64,000 nucleotides of DNA from Promethearchaeota archaeon (GTDB lineage Archaea; Asgardarchaeota; Thorarchaeia; Thorarchaeales; Thorarchaeaceae), in the NCBI GenBank assembly GCA_048939765.1, contig JBHLPF010000003.1, positions 32,001 to 96,000 of the forward strand, written 5' to 3'. Below are positions 46,127 through 56,518 of this stretch, piece after piece (position 1 is the first letter of the stretch; every line of letters starts with the position of its first letter). The translations under genes and the position numbers were made by a program. The notes under the pieces were generated by a model, which ran no database searches, was not told the DNA's origin, and saw only the letters and a program-made list of their open reading frames with translations.

Positions 46127-47656
46127 ATGGCCCGCTTCCGCCGAAGAAGATTGCTAATTGGCTTTCTAGCCATATGTGGAGTAGTAATTCTAGCAAGCAC
46201 GATTCTTGCCTCCGCTCAAGCGCCACCAGCGGGATGGTTCGGAGATAACGAGCATCTGCATGCGCGAATCTTGATCAATGGTGTCAGTATCACAGATACA
46301 GACCAGGAAAATGCAATTCCAATCGACCTTGAAGCTGAAACAACTGTCGACATTGAAATTGATGTAATAGGAACTCAAGCCATTCATCACGTGCAAGGTG
46401 GGATAGGCTTTTGGTATCAGAGCATAAAGGTCTTTGAAATTGGAATTTCTCAAATGAATCTGGAGGCTCTAATGCATCCTGATGATGATATACCTGCTGT
46501 TCATGGTGGTGTTACTCTTGGCGATTTCCTAAGCACAGAATTCGCAGGAATTTCAATCGATGTAATAACTGGGAAATTCGAGGCTTCAGTGAGTCTATAC
46601 TATCTATTGGAGGGCGAGGTTGACGGTGTCGATACGCCACATTCAATTGGGCAGAATTTCTTCCTTTCAATTGAGTATGCATCGGCAATAGATGCGATTA
46701 CATCGGTAGCTGGAGTTGCCACGGCAATAGCGACCGGTGGTGCAATTCTAGGCGTGGGTACAAGTTTCAAATCCCTCTTGGACGGTATTCAGACAGCCCA
46801 CAAGGTGCGCTCTATTCAAAAGAAGGCTGGAGAGATAAGATCGCTTCCAAATCTCACGGTGCTTGGGGCATTACCTGCTTTGTTCTCACTGCTTTCAATG
46901 CAGGTGAAGATTCGAAAGAAGAAGGCCACGGAAGAAGAGATTAGTTCATATGAGCGAGGAGAAGGCGGAGTCAGTGAGTATCGAATTCGCCAGCGTGTGA
47001 GAGAGATTGCTCCAGAGGCATGGAACAAAGACAAGTGTCCAAACTGCAAAGCCAAGTGGCGAGCTGATGCCACCGAATGCAAGAAGTGTCACATCGATAT
47101 CGAAGAAGCTCAGGACAAATATGCTGACTTGATAGCCAGTAGGGTGCCCATGGCGTTGCAGGTGATGGGGAAGAAGAAATCACTCTCAATCAGGAAACTT
47201 GCAAAGAAGACCAAGTCAAACGAGTACAATGCTGGAGTCCTTGGTGCGGCGCTCGTTGATTCAGAAGTAACAGAGATACAAAAGATCGAAACTCCCGTTC
47301 GGAGCTTCGTTATGAACATTGGCGGACTAGCATTTCTCGTTCTCACTTGGCAGACATTGCTAGGTGGCGCAGCTAGCACCTTCCAGACAACTCTCACTGT
47401 TGTGGGAGCTGCTCTATCCCTTGCAGTCATTGTAGCATTGTACTTCTCACGGAGGTCACAGATCCAGAAATTGAGAGTCACTTTGGACGACCAAGAACTC
47501 TCCGTTGCGGAGGAAGTCAGATCTGAGCCTGCGACTGGACCTGCAGGCGCTGAGGCTAAGCCCGAAGAAGAGGAGTATGTCGCTGAAGAGGCATCAGACA
47601 TTTACGAAGAATACTCTGAAACGGATGAGGAGTATTCAGAAGATGATGAGGCGTGA
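46127..47656 (+). CDS. Hypothetical membrane protein: exported domain, TM segments, Zn-ribbon, acidic tail
   Basis: Signal-like N-terminus, CPNC-x10-CKKC, hydrophobic helices; AGGTGAGG upstream. Confidence 0.7.
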   Translation: MARFRRRRLLIGFLAICGVVILASTILASAQAPPAGWFGDNEHLHARILINGVSITDTDQENAIPIDLEAETTVDIEIDVIGTQAIHHVQGGIGFWYQSIKVFEIGISQMNLEALMHPDDDIPAVHGGVTLGDFLSTEFAGISIDVITGKFEASVSLYYLLEGEVDGVDTPHSIGQNFFLSIEYASAIDAITSVAGVATAIATGGAILGVGTSFKSLLDGIQTAHKVRSIQKKAGEIRSLPNLTVLGALPALFSLLSMQVKIRKKKATEEEISSYERGEGGVSEYRIRQRVREIAPEAWNKDKCPNCKAKWRADATECKKCHIDIEEAQDKYADLIASRVPMALQVMGKKKSLSIRKLAKKTKSNEYNAGVLGAALVDSEVTEIQKIETPVRSFVMNIGGLAFLVLTWQTLLGGAASTFQTTLTVVGAALSLAVIVALYFSRRSQIQKLRVTLDDQELSVAEEVRSEPATGPAGAEAKPEEEEYVAEEASDIYEEYSETDEEYSEDDEA

Positions 47657-47696
47657 TGGCTACACTGCCATCACACCGTTGTCCTTTCTCCTAGCA

Positions 47697-50600
47697 TTAT
47701 TCAGAAGGTACTGAACTTCTTTTAGAAACTGCACCTGTGACCTTGCCCAGAGCCTGGATTATCTTCGAAGCAATGAATGGAATAACCACCAGGAAGAGAA
47801 CTGGCATCAGCACTATGATGGCGAGCTGGAAGCTCTGCAAGAAATCCATTGACATCACTGTAGTGGCGCCCACCACAACCAAGAACATCAGAAACTTGAG
47901 GCGGATTGAAGAACTAAACCTGTTGATCATTGATATCTTCTCATCCTCAACAATTCTTCGAGGTGTTCCTGCTTCCTCCATTCTCATCACCTTCTTGATG
48001 CCCTTGCTGACCTCTCTGTAGAGATTTACAACCACAACGATGATTGATGACACATATGCCACGAAGATTGTGGTCATTATCGTCGGGATTGTCAGATCAC
48101 CGAAGGACGTTGAAACCTCAATGATGTATGCCCTGAACCAATCTATTCCCGTGCCATATACTAGCATCAGCACAATGACCAGTGGCACAAACACGAGATG
48201 CCAGAGACCCAGGGCAATCCTACCCCTGTTCAGAGCCCCTTTGATGAGGACGGCAGAGACCGCATCTCGGTAGAGCCAGAGGCCATACATGAGCACCGAC
48301 ATTCCGAGCAGGGCTAGAGTAAGCACCAATGCTAGACCAAGTTCTGCTTGCATGAAGTACCAATATGATGCTATCAAGCCTGCACCACTACCAATTGCCA
48401 TCAGCAGGTATATTCGATCCATCCGCCGCACAGACCTTCGAAGTCCCTCAACAGATTCGTCATCTATTCTTGTAGAAGCTGAGATTCTGAAATATACAAA
48501 CATGCCAATGATGCTCAGCAGGAATGATAGTCCAGCTCCAATGCTGACGGATTGTGTTGACAGGGCGAAGTCAGGGACGGCGGGATCTATCGTTATAGTC
48601 TCTGTTGTATCAGTAGCCTGCACAAACTGGCCTTGGGCTGTAATGCCTACGGTGAATTCGCCGTATCCCTCAGTTGTTGGAATCTGTACTATGCTGACCT
48701 CATATGTCCCTATTGCATAAGTTTCAGTTGCTTGAACTGGAGGCATATCCATCAGAGACACTGTTACATCCAAGTCGGGAATCGGATTTCCGTAGATGTC
48801 TTGGATTGCTATGGCAACCAATAATGATTGGCCTTGGGTGCCTGACTCTGGGAAGAATGTGACATCGAACACGATTTGGCCTGTAACGACCAAGACTCCT
48901 TCCAGAGCGTCACCAGTCTCAATGTCTTCATGATGGACAGACACAGAATAGTTGTATTCGCCAGGCGACCATCCAACGGTTGATACTTGCGCAGTATAGA
49001 CGCCGGGAGTGCTTTCTTGCATTGGATAGGAAAGCGCCTTCACAAAGAAGGTCACAGTTGCACCAGAGACCGGTCGGTCGAGCCAATCGACAAGAGTCAG
49101 TTCCATCGTTGTCTGGCCTCCTTGCGCAACTGTATCGCCTCCGAGGGACCTGATGGATGAATATGCACTTGCATCTGCATAGGCACGAATAGTGTATACC
49201 TTTGACCATGGATTGGCGTAGGTTGCATTCACATAGACCGTGAAGGTGTTGTCTCCAATCAGGAAGTCGGCAAGGACCATGAACACAAAATCAGGCTCTC
49301 CTGTCACCCCTGTCTGGGTGTACCTTGTGCCATTGATCTCGATAGCCACTGAAGTGCCCTGAAGGACGGGGCCAAACGCGTCTTTGACGAAAACACTCAC
49401 TTCAAAAGTGGCACCTGCCTCAACTCTTGGAGTGAAGAACACATTTGGTAATAGATCACCAACTACTTCAAACTCGATCTGCTGGGCCGGATTATCGAAT
49501 ATGTTGCTTTTCTGAACGTGCAGATTGAAGGTATAGTTTCCAATGCCCAATTCAATTGTACTATTGAACTGATAGGCACCAGGTACTGCGGACTCCTGGA
49601 GCTGGAAAATTACGTTTTCACTTCTAAGAGATACAGACGCGTGAATAATTGGTCTCCCGTAGGCGTCATAGACTTGAAACACAGCTACAACATTGTCATG
49701 TTGCTGCGCAATCCCGGGGAAGTCAGTAATGACTGTCAGGCTTGATGCGAGAGTCTGAACTTCGATGATGCGCTCTCCATATCCCACCCCATTTCCAAAG
49801 GGATGCGTTGCTGTCGCACTTATAAGATGGGAGCCTGCCTGCAGTTGCACCTCAGCAACCTCCAAGAAATAGGAGTTATTCATTGGAACTGCAGGATAAT
49901 CTGAACCGCCAATATGAACCATGACCGAAGAGTCATCCACTCTCGCCTCCAAGTTGTCATGAACCAGGACCTCAACAGTCATGTTGCCTCCCTGATAAAC
50001 TCGATCCGGACAAAAGACCAGAACATGAAGATCACTTCTTACGGTGACCGCATCGGGGAAGGAAGCATATCTGAAATGATAGAAATCATGATTGACAAGA
50101 ACACTGAGGTTGATTGGTCCAATTGGCCATGAAGCGTCTGTCCATGCTTCGTAATGAGACTCACTGGGATTGTAATATGAATTGAAAGAAGGTGTCTGCA
50201 AACCTTCAGGAGTCACGAAACTAGCTTGTACGTAGACAGCAGCATCATCGACAGATTCTCCATAGATATTAAGAACTGTGACATTTGCTCCAAAGGGGCT
50301 GCCTTGATCAACAATGGCTGGAGCATACTCAATACCCACCGATAGTCTATAGAATAGATCCAGGTCTCGGATTGCACCTATGACTGCTTTTCCAACGTCG
50401 GTTACAATAGGATATGCAGCAATCTCCTGCCCACTGCCAGGATCAACATTCCCGATTGGTATGGGGTCATAGACCTCTCCGACCTCAGCAGTTCTCACTC
50501 CACCATCATTGGATATTATGGTGAGGAGTCCATCCTCCTTGGTGAACAAGAGAAACTCGTTGACAGGCCAACCATTGAAATCCGTTTCTATCGCACAGAG

Positions 50601-53192
50601 CGGTGTTGATTCCGTCACATAGATGGACCAATCAATTTCAAGAGTCACACCGACTCTTGTTAGCATTAGCTCGCCGCTGTCATGAAGAACAACGAGTTCG
50701 TCTATGCCGTCGAGATTTGCATCGAATGGAGCGAGGAAGGTCACGTCGTTATTAGGAATGACATGCATTTCCAAATCTCCCATATTCTGAGCTGTTCCAT
50801 CAAACAGATACAATCTAGTTTCGGGTGTGGGTCCAGTCCAAAATGTCATTCCAATAGCAAATTCCTCTGCACCGCCAAGGTTTCTTTCTAGAGTAGTCAT
50901 GGATTTAGCTTGTACCGCAGAGAAGCCACCAGTCGGGATGGTTATCGAACTATAGGTGTTGATGTCGGATCCGTCAACTATTTCGATGAGGGAGTTTCCT
51001 CGGATGATTGTCAAGTAACTGGCTTTGCCAGCTCCAGATTTTGCTCCGATCAGGAACTGAGGACGAAGACTGGGATTGGTTGAATCCGTTAGGTTTCTCC
51101 AAGTCCAGGTACCTACGTCATCCATTTGTGCCAGCGTGTAGTAGTCGGACGTACTGAGATGATACAACTCGTCTTTCCCATCTCCATCTCCGTCGAGAAT
51201 CTCCAATGTACGCAGGGTCTTCTGGAAGACTGGAGATACCGTGGCGTGGTAAAGCGTGAAACTGCTTCCGTGTAGGACATAGGCTTCTGTTGTAACGCCC
51301 CTACTTACGAGAGCAACTGGGTCCAGAACTGAATCGCCATCGAACATGCCACTGGCGAGCCTGAAATCAAATCCTGATGTAAAGTCGATAGGATATGAAT
51401 CTACAAGCACTCCTTCAGGCAAGTATTTGTTCAGATACACTGTTTTTCCACCAGGGTCTAATTCCAGAGAATATATCAAAGGAGTTCCATCTGAGAGATT
51501 TCCTTGCGCAATAAGATGATGCGAATATCCTGCATTGTATATCTCTGATCTATCATGTTGCCAGGCAAAATGGCCCGTGACCTCAAAGATACGAGGATGA
51601 GTTTCATTACCCCAGTACCCAGTGTTATGATACACATCATCTACAGCAATGTAGTATTCGTAGGTCGCGGCTTGTAGGCCAACCAGAAACGCAAAGAACG
51701 TGTCGCCATCATCTGGTGTCTGCATCCCGCCTGGTGGTTGAGTCCACTCAAGAGTACCCGCCTCTCGGATGAAGAGCTCTGCTGATTCAACAGCAGTAGT
51801 TTCATGGACTCCCACCTCGACTGTGATGAAGTCGTCAGTAACTGTCGGGTGAAGCGGATCAAGGGGTGCCTGTGTGATATCAGGAGGGTCAAGCTCTGAA
51901 AGGAGTATATAGAGGTCATTACCTGATGTGATGAAGATGTCCTCCAAGGCATCTTCATTGAGGTCAAAGAGTCGAATCGAATCTACCGTTTCTATGGTTG
52001 ACTCAGTGTAAGCTATCTCTGCATTGCTACCGTGGATGAAACTTGGATTCTCAGGATCGGATATCATAGCAACATCTGTGACTGTGTCACGGTCAATCAA
52101 TCCTGTTTCAAATGACTGGGCGGTGGCATATACTCCTGGGGTTTCTCTGAAGATGTTTCCATTGGTGCCGTTAATGAAGAATGCTAGACCCCAATTCACG
52201 GAACTCAAAACTAGGTCCTCTTGGCCATCATCAGTGAAATTGCCTGTTTTTACATAGAGCTGCCCTCCCGGGGGACCAACACCAACCTGGTAAATCGTTG
52301 CGAGATTTGTGCCTTGATACAGGGTTAGATCTCCGAGAATATCTGCGACAACAATGTCAGAGAGACCTCCTCCATAGTCCAATCGTTCTATGGCTCTCGG
52401 TGTAGGATGGGTCATATTGAGATTGCATGTTCCATCCCCATTGACGACCCATACGTGTGTATCGTTAGTCAATACAATTTGGTCTGCTGAAGGGTCTGAG
52501 AATCTCCCTATTGCATTGTGGGATCTAAGATAGGTGCCCACATTGAAAGTGCCAATAATACCCCCTGTGCTCAGGTCTATTGTATGCATTGAATAATCTG
52601 GCGCCCAATTCGCTATAAAGGCCAAATCGGGTGATGCATCACCGTTAAAATCGCCTATCCCGAGCAAGGTCCCTGAAACGCCTTGGAGTCCAGTCCATTC
52701 AGTCAGGGTGTCATCATTGAAGTCTACTATGTATGGTGTCAAGGAAGTTGAGGTGAGCCGCTTCAATCCAATGAACTCATCTTGGCCATCGTCATCTATA
52801 TCCTCGACAATAAGGCTGTTGTATAGTCCGTAAGCGGGTCCAACACTCATGTTGAACGATGTGCCACTCAGGGGGTCCAAGAATAAAACTAACTCATCTC
52901 CTATATCTACGTACGCAAATCCAGTCAGACCCATAGCTCTTCCAGGCGCCACGCGATACACGCTAGGAGGCAGCGTTACATGCAGCAGATTCTCTGGCCC
53001 ACCCACTGAAAGAGTACTGGCATCTTCAGTAGCGGCAGTTCTATTTACAGCTACCATGTTTGCATCTCCTGCGATTAATGGTAGCATAGCCACAAACATG
53101 AAAAACACTAGGCACATCGCTTTCATCAATTCCTTTTCAAAACCATGTGCCTCTCGTGCTCTAGGTCTAAATCTGCTTGAATCCATTTTCAT
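47697..53192 (-). CDS. Large surface protein with FG-GAP-type repeats, Ig-like repeats and a C-terminal 7-helix membrane domain
   Basis: Signal peptide; DIDDDGQDE, DFNGDASPD, DLNEDALED, DGDGDGKDE, DANLDGIDE; repeated D..G.PV..A.V and PG.Y motifs; seven hydrophobic segments. Confidence 0.8.
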   Translation of the reverse strand: MKMDSSRFRPRAREAHGFEKELMKAMCLVFFMFVAMLPLIAGDANMVAVNRTAATEDASTLSVGGPENLLHVTLPPSVYRVAPGRAMGLTGFAYVDIGDELVLFLDPLSGTSFNMSVGPAYGLYNSLIVEDIDDDGQDEFIGLKRLTSTSLTPYIVDFNDDTLTEWTGLQGVSGTLLGIGDFNGDASPDLAFIANWAPDYSMHTIDLSTGGIIGTFNVGTYLRSHNAIGRFSDPSADQIVLTNDTHVWVVNGDGTCNLNMTHPTPRAIERLDYGGGLSDIVVADILGDLTLYQGTNLATIYQVGVGPPGGQLYVKTGNFTDDGQEDLVLSSVNWGLAFFINGTNGNIFRETPGVYATAQSFETGLIDRDTVTDVAMISDPENPSFIHGSNAEIAYTESTIETVDSIRLFDLNEDALEDIFITSGNDLYILLSELDPPDITQAPLDPLHPTVTDDFITVEVGVHETTAVESAELFIREAGTLEWTQPPGGMQTPDDGDTFFAFLVGLQAATYEYYIAVDDVYHNTGYWGNETHPRIFEVTGHFAWQHDRSEIYNAGYSHHLIAQGNLSDGTPLIYSLELDPGGKTVYLNKYLPEGVLVDSYPIDFTSGFDFRLASGMFDGDSVLDPVALVSRGVTTEAYVLHGSSFTLYHATVSPVFQKTLRTLEILDGDGDGKDELYHLSTSDYYTLAQMDDVGTWTWRNLTDSTNPSLRPQFLIGAKSGAGKASYLTIIRGNSLIEIVDGSDINTYSSITIPTGGFSAVQAKSMTTLERNLGGAEEFAIGMTFWTGPTPETRLYLFDGTAQNMGDLEMHVIPNNDVTFLAPFDANLDGIDELVVLHDSGELMLTRVGVTLEIDWSIYVTESTPLCAIETDFNGWPVNEFLLFTKEDGLLTIISNDGGVRTAEVGEVYDPIPIGNVDPGSGQEIAAYPIVTDVGKAVIGAIRDLDLFYRLSVGIEYAPAIVDQGSPFGANVTVLNIYGESVDDAAVYVQASFVTPEGLQTPSFNSYYNPSESHYEAWTDASWPIGPINLSVLVNHDFYHFRYASFPDAVTVRSDLHVLVFCPDRVYQGGNMTVEVLVHDNLEARVDDSSVMVHIGGSDYPAVPMNNSYFLEVAEVQLQAGSHLISATATHPFGNGVGYGERIIEVQTLASSLTVITDFPGIAQQHDNVVAVFQVYDAYGRPIIHASVSLRSENVIFQLQESAVPGAYQFNSTIELGIGNYTFNLHVQKSNIFDNPAQQIEFEVVGDLLPNVFFTPRVEAGATFEVSVFVKDAFGPVLQGTSVAIEINGTRYTQTGVTGEPDFVFMVLADFLIGDNTFTVYVNATYANPWSKVYTIRAYADASAYSSIRSLGGDTVAQGGQTTMELTLVDWLDRPVSGATVTFFVKALSYPMQESTPGVYTAQVSTVGWSPGEYNYSVSVHHEDIETGDALEGVLVVTGQIVFDVTFFPESGTQGQSLLVAIAIQDIYGNPIPDLDVTVSLMDMPPVQATETYAIGTYEVSIVQIPTTEGYGEFTVGITAQGQFVQATDTTETITIDPAVPDFALSTQSVSIGAGLSFLLSIIGMFVYFRISASTRIDDESVEGLRRSVRRMDRIYLLMAIGSGAGLIASYWYFMQAELGLALVLTLALLGMSVLMYGLWLYRDAVSAVLIKGALNRGRIALGLWHLVFVPLVIVLMLVYGTGIDWFRAYIIEVSTSFGDLTIPTIMTTIFVAYVSSIIVVVVNLYREVSKGIKKVMRMEEAGTPRRIVEDEKISMINRFSSSIRLKFLMFLVVVGATTVMSMDFLQSFQLAIIVLMPVLFLVVIPFIASKIIQALGKVTGAVSKRSSVPSE

Positions 53193-53399
53193 TCAATCTC
53201 GTTATCCTTCAAGGTATCGCGAATCCCTACACCGTACCTAATGTTTCTAAAATCGCGTACTCCTAATTCGGTGTCTATAGCCCCTTTTATTGATTCTGAG
53301 TGGTCAAGTTCTTTCAACACAATTCCAAACATTCAAGTTGGGCTTTTCATCGCTCGAGTCAGGGCCTAACGTTACGATTAGGTTGAGGAGACCCAAAGA

Positions 53400-54761
53400 A
53401 TGGTTGATAACATTGCGGTGATTGGCTGTGGAGCTGCAGGAGCCACAGCAGCATTACAGGCAAGGAAATTCAATAGGAATGTCGAGATTTCGGTCTTCAA
53501 CGCAGAGCCTTATTCTCAATACTCGCGCTGCGGTCTACCCTACACCATTTCTGGAAAAGTAGGTGATTTTCATGACCTGGTTCTCATGCCGCCTGACAAT
53601 TGGGAACAGTTGAAGATCAATTCGTACCTTGGCGTGACAGTTGGTAAAATTGACCATGCCTCAAGAGAGCTGCATTTCAAAAATGCAGAAGGTGATGGCA
53701 TGCAGAAGTATGATGCATTGATTTTCGCAACAGGAGCAGAGAATGCAGATCCCCCAATCAAAGGTTTGGATAAGAACCGAGTATACGGACTCCGCACACT
53801 TGATGATGCAAAAGCTCTTGCCTCGGAAGTCGGTAAGGCAAAGAGAGCAGTCGTGATCGGGGGTGGCCTAATAGGAATGGAAGCAGCCGAGGCCTTTCAT
53901 GAGAAGGGTCTGGATGTCACAGTGGTTGAGTTCCTGCCTCATTGTCTTCTCGCTATGGTGGATCCCGACATGGCACAGATTGTTGAGGATCACTGCAGAG
54001 AACACGGTCTCAGTATAATCACAAACACTGCAGCGCAGGAGGTCCTTGGCGATGATTCGCCTTCTGGTGTCGTCCTTAAGAGCCGTGAAACCGAAGAGGA
54101 GTCTACTATAGACGCCGACTTCGTGATAGTCGCCACTGGAGTTCGACCGGTCACAGGGCTAGCTGAGAGCATAGGTGTCAAAATCGGATCAACACGCGGC
54201 ATTACGGTCGATGACAGGATGATGACCAATCTTGAAGATGTATATGCATGCGGTGATTGCGCTGAGCATCTCGAATATGTAACACGCCAACCGTCTCCGG
54301 GCGGTCTGGGGACTATTGCTGTACGTCAGGGCAGAGTTGCAGGCATCAACGCTGCAGGCGGCGATGAAAGGTTTCCAGGGATAGTTGGTGCGAAGGTGAC
54401 AAAGCTATTCGGTATGGAGATAGCAAGCACTGGACTAACGGACGACATGGCCAAGCGACTTGAGGTTCCACTTGTAAAGGGGTCAATAAAGGGTAGCACA
54501 AAGCCGCCCTATTTCATTGGTGGCAGGGATCTAAAGGTGAAGACGTACTTCAACAAGGAGACCGGGAAACTTGTGGGTGGGCAACTTGTAGGTCTTGAAG
54601 ATGCAGCAATGAGAATAAACGTCATTACGTTGGGCATCCAGCACGAAGTCAATTCTGTGGACCTATTTGAATTCGAAAACTGCTATGCTCCAGCGATATG
54701 TGATACCTGGGATCCCATCGTCGAGTCGGCAAGTGCAGCAAGGCGACGTTTCAAGGTGTGA
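53400..54761 (+). CDS. CoA-disulfide reductase / NADH oxidase family flavoprotein
   Basis: IGCGAAG, single redox Cys in YSRCGLPY, IGGGLIGME, ATGVRP, YACGDC, YAP. Confidence 0.88.
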   Translation: MVDNIAVIGCGAAGATAALQARKFNRNVEISVFNAEPYSQYSRCGLPYTISGKVGDFHDLVLMPPDNWEQLKINSYLGVTVGKIDHASRELHFKNAEGDGMQKYDALIFATGAENADPPIKGLDKNRVYGLRTLDDAKALASEVGKAKRAVVIGGGLIGMEAAEAFHEKGLDVTVVEFLPHCLLAMVDPDMAQIVEDHCREHGLSIITNTAAQEVLGDDSPSGVVLKSRETEEESTIDADFVIVATGVRPVTGLAESIGVKIGSTRGITVDDRMMTNLEDVYACGDCAEHLEYVTRQPSPGGLGTIAVRQGRVAGINAAGGDERFPGIVGAKVTKLFGMEIASTGLTDDMAKRLEVPLVKGSIKGSTKPPYFIGGRDLKVKTYFNKETGKLVGGQLVGLEDAAMRINVITLGIQHEVNSVDLFEFENCYAPAICDTWDPIVESASAARRRFKV

Positions 54762-55203
54762 TGATATCAATATTCTCGAATGCATATTGAAATGAACTTA
54801 CCTGAGTTGGAGAGCTAGAGACCACGACGACCTCCCTTACCCTGCTGGACCACTTTGAATGCGCGTATATCGCCTTCGCTATCTCTTCCGCCACCTCCCA
54901 GCTGGGCACTCTCGCCACCTCTAGGCCTAAGGTATAGAAGCCAACCGATGAGATTTCCTTCCTTTCAGCTGTTTCAAGAGCCTTCTTGGATGACTCATAG
55001 ATCGCCTGCCTCCGATTGTCACTAGCGATCGAGAGTTCAGGCCAGAATTCTATGTTGTCTGAGGATGATACTTCTTGAACAGTGAATCCTAATCCTTCGG
55101 CCGCTCCGATTGACTTCGACCTAACTGCCAGTCTGATATTGTCGTCATTGTAAGGTCCTAGGTGCACTCCAATCTTGATTGACCCGAAAGACCAGGCTAT
55201 CAT
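54751..55203 (-). CDS. Degenerate macrodomain-like protein
   Basis: ALETAERKEISSVGF..EVAEEIAKAI..VREVVVV resembles the macrodomain C-terminal half; ATGA-coupled to the macro gene. Confidence 0.55.
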   Translation of the reverse strand: MIAWSFGSIKIGVHLGPYNDDNIRLAVRSKSIGAAEGLGFTVQEVSSSDNIEFWPELSIASDNRRQAIYESSKKALETAERKEISSVGFYTLGLEVARVPSWEVAEEIAKAIYAHSKWSSRVREVVVVSSSPTQVSSFQYAFENIDIITP

Positions 55204-55763
55204 TCGCCTTCCCTCATGACATCAACCATCACTTGGTCAATGAATGCCTCCTCAACAGCTTTGTCGAAGTGGTCACACATTTCATTGCTGAGTCCTACCA
55301 ATAGTATTCTCTTGACAGAACGACTGGCTCGTGTATATTCAGCAATGGCATCGGCTATGGCCTTGGCTGACTCCTCTTCTGATAGCCCTCCAATCCCAGC
55401 CCCAATTGCAGGCACAGCTATTTCCTCCAATCCATGTTCGCTGGCAATATCCAAGGCTGTTGCGACGGAAGACCGAACATTCCAAAATGTTGCGCTTCCT
55501 CCAGGAGGCATTCCTGCACAATGAATGACGTACCTTGCTGGAAGTTTCCCTGCTGTAGTCATCACTGCCTCACCAGGTTTTATCGGACCTAATGAAAGGG
55601 CTTCATCCTCAATTTCTTTACCGCCTTTCGCCTTAATGGCGCCAGCAACACCCCTGCCCATCCATAAATCCGAATTTGCAGCATTTATGATTGCATCGAC
55701 TCCCAATTCAGTAATGTCACCATGATGAGTTCGTATCAGAACACCACCTACCGTCCTATCCAT
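55200..55763 (-). CDS. Macrodomain ADP-ribose-binding/hydrolase protein
   Basis: GDIT, DAIINAANSDL.MG.GVAGAI, AGKLPARYVIH, PAIGAGIGG. Confidence 0.92.
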   Translation of the reverse strand: MDRTVGGVLIRTHHGDITELGVDAIINAANSDLWMGRGVAGAIKAKGGKEIEDEALSLGPIKPGEAVMTTAGKLPARYVIHCAGMPPGGSATFWNVRSSVATALDIASEHGLEEIAVPAIGAGIGGLSEEESAKAIADAIAEYTRASRSVKRILLVGLSNEMCDHFDKAVEEAFIDQVMVDVMREGE

Positions 55764-55878
55764 CGAAGAAGCCTCCTGTCTTCACAGTACCCTGTATTAA
55801 AACACCAACGCACAAAAGTATGTCGTGCAATCACAATCCTTTTTGGTGCCATACATTTTCCACTCCTAGGCGAGTAAT

Positions 55879-56454
55879 CTGAAGGATATAGACCCTAGAG
55901 ATGAGGCAGACATCATTTCCAGGTACGGAGAGCCAGCGAAGACTCAATTCAATGCCAATTTTCAGCAGTTTGAATGTGACTTGGTGAAGCAGAGTACCTC
56001 AAAAGGGAGATACCATGACATAACATGTTTCATTCGAAGCGGGGAAAAGTACGTCGGAATACAGAAGCATGCGTATGCGGACACTGGAATATACCGGGCA
56101 CCATCAGGTGGCGCCAATATGGGAGAGCCTATCGAGGAAGCTGCAAAGAGGGAGATGTATGAGGAAACGGGACTCAAAATCCGCTTGATTCGATATGTAT
56201 TGGACTCTCGTCTGGATGTTGTCTGCGCGGATGACACAATCCCTTGGCGTTCACTAGTGTTCCTTGCTGAGATTGAAAATGGGGAAATGAATGCTGTCGA
56301 TACACACGAGATCTATGAGGTCAAGACTGTCACTCGTGAGGAGATGCTAGGCCCAATTTGCAGGCTTATGGAAGACTCCGGCTGGGGTGGGTTCCTCTAT
56401 CGTGCTCATTTAACTAGAAGATTCTTTGAGCAAATGGACGCGTTAGGTATTTGA
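55879..56454 (+). CDS. NUDIX hydrolase
   Basis: Nudix box GGANMGEPIEEAAKREMYEETGL; frame open back to 55870; CTG 55879 or TTG 55981 start. Confidence 0.88.
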   Translation: MKDIDPRDEADIISRYGEPAKTQFNANFQQFECDLVKQSTSKGRYHDITCFIRSGEKYVGIQKHAYADTGIYRAPSGGANMGEPIEEAAKREMYEETGLKIRLIRYVLDSRLDVVCADDTIPWRSLVFLAEIENGEMNAVDTHEIYEVKTVTREEMLGPICRLMEDSGWGGFLYRAHLTRRFFEQMDALGI

Positions 56455-56475
56455 GCAGACTATCCCCGTGTCATG

Positions 56476-56510
56476 AAAAAAGAAAGGGTTGGCTGCAGAC
56501 TTCTGCAGCC
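56476..56510 (-). terminator. Hairpin plus U-rich tract downstream of tfb2
   Basis: GGCTGCAG-4nt-CTGCAGCC followed on the minus strand by CCCTTTCTTTTTT. Confidence 0.55.
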
Positions 56511-56518
56511 CAGGCACT

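Noticed and set aside
47036-47092. CKKCH as a heme c motif
   Set aside because: Pairs with CPNC ten residues earlier as a Zn-ribbon in a basic, probably cytoplasmic region
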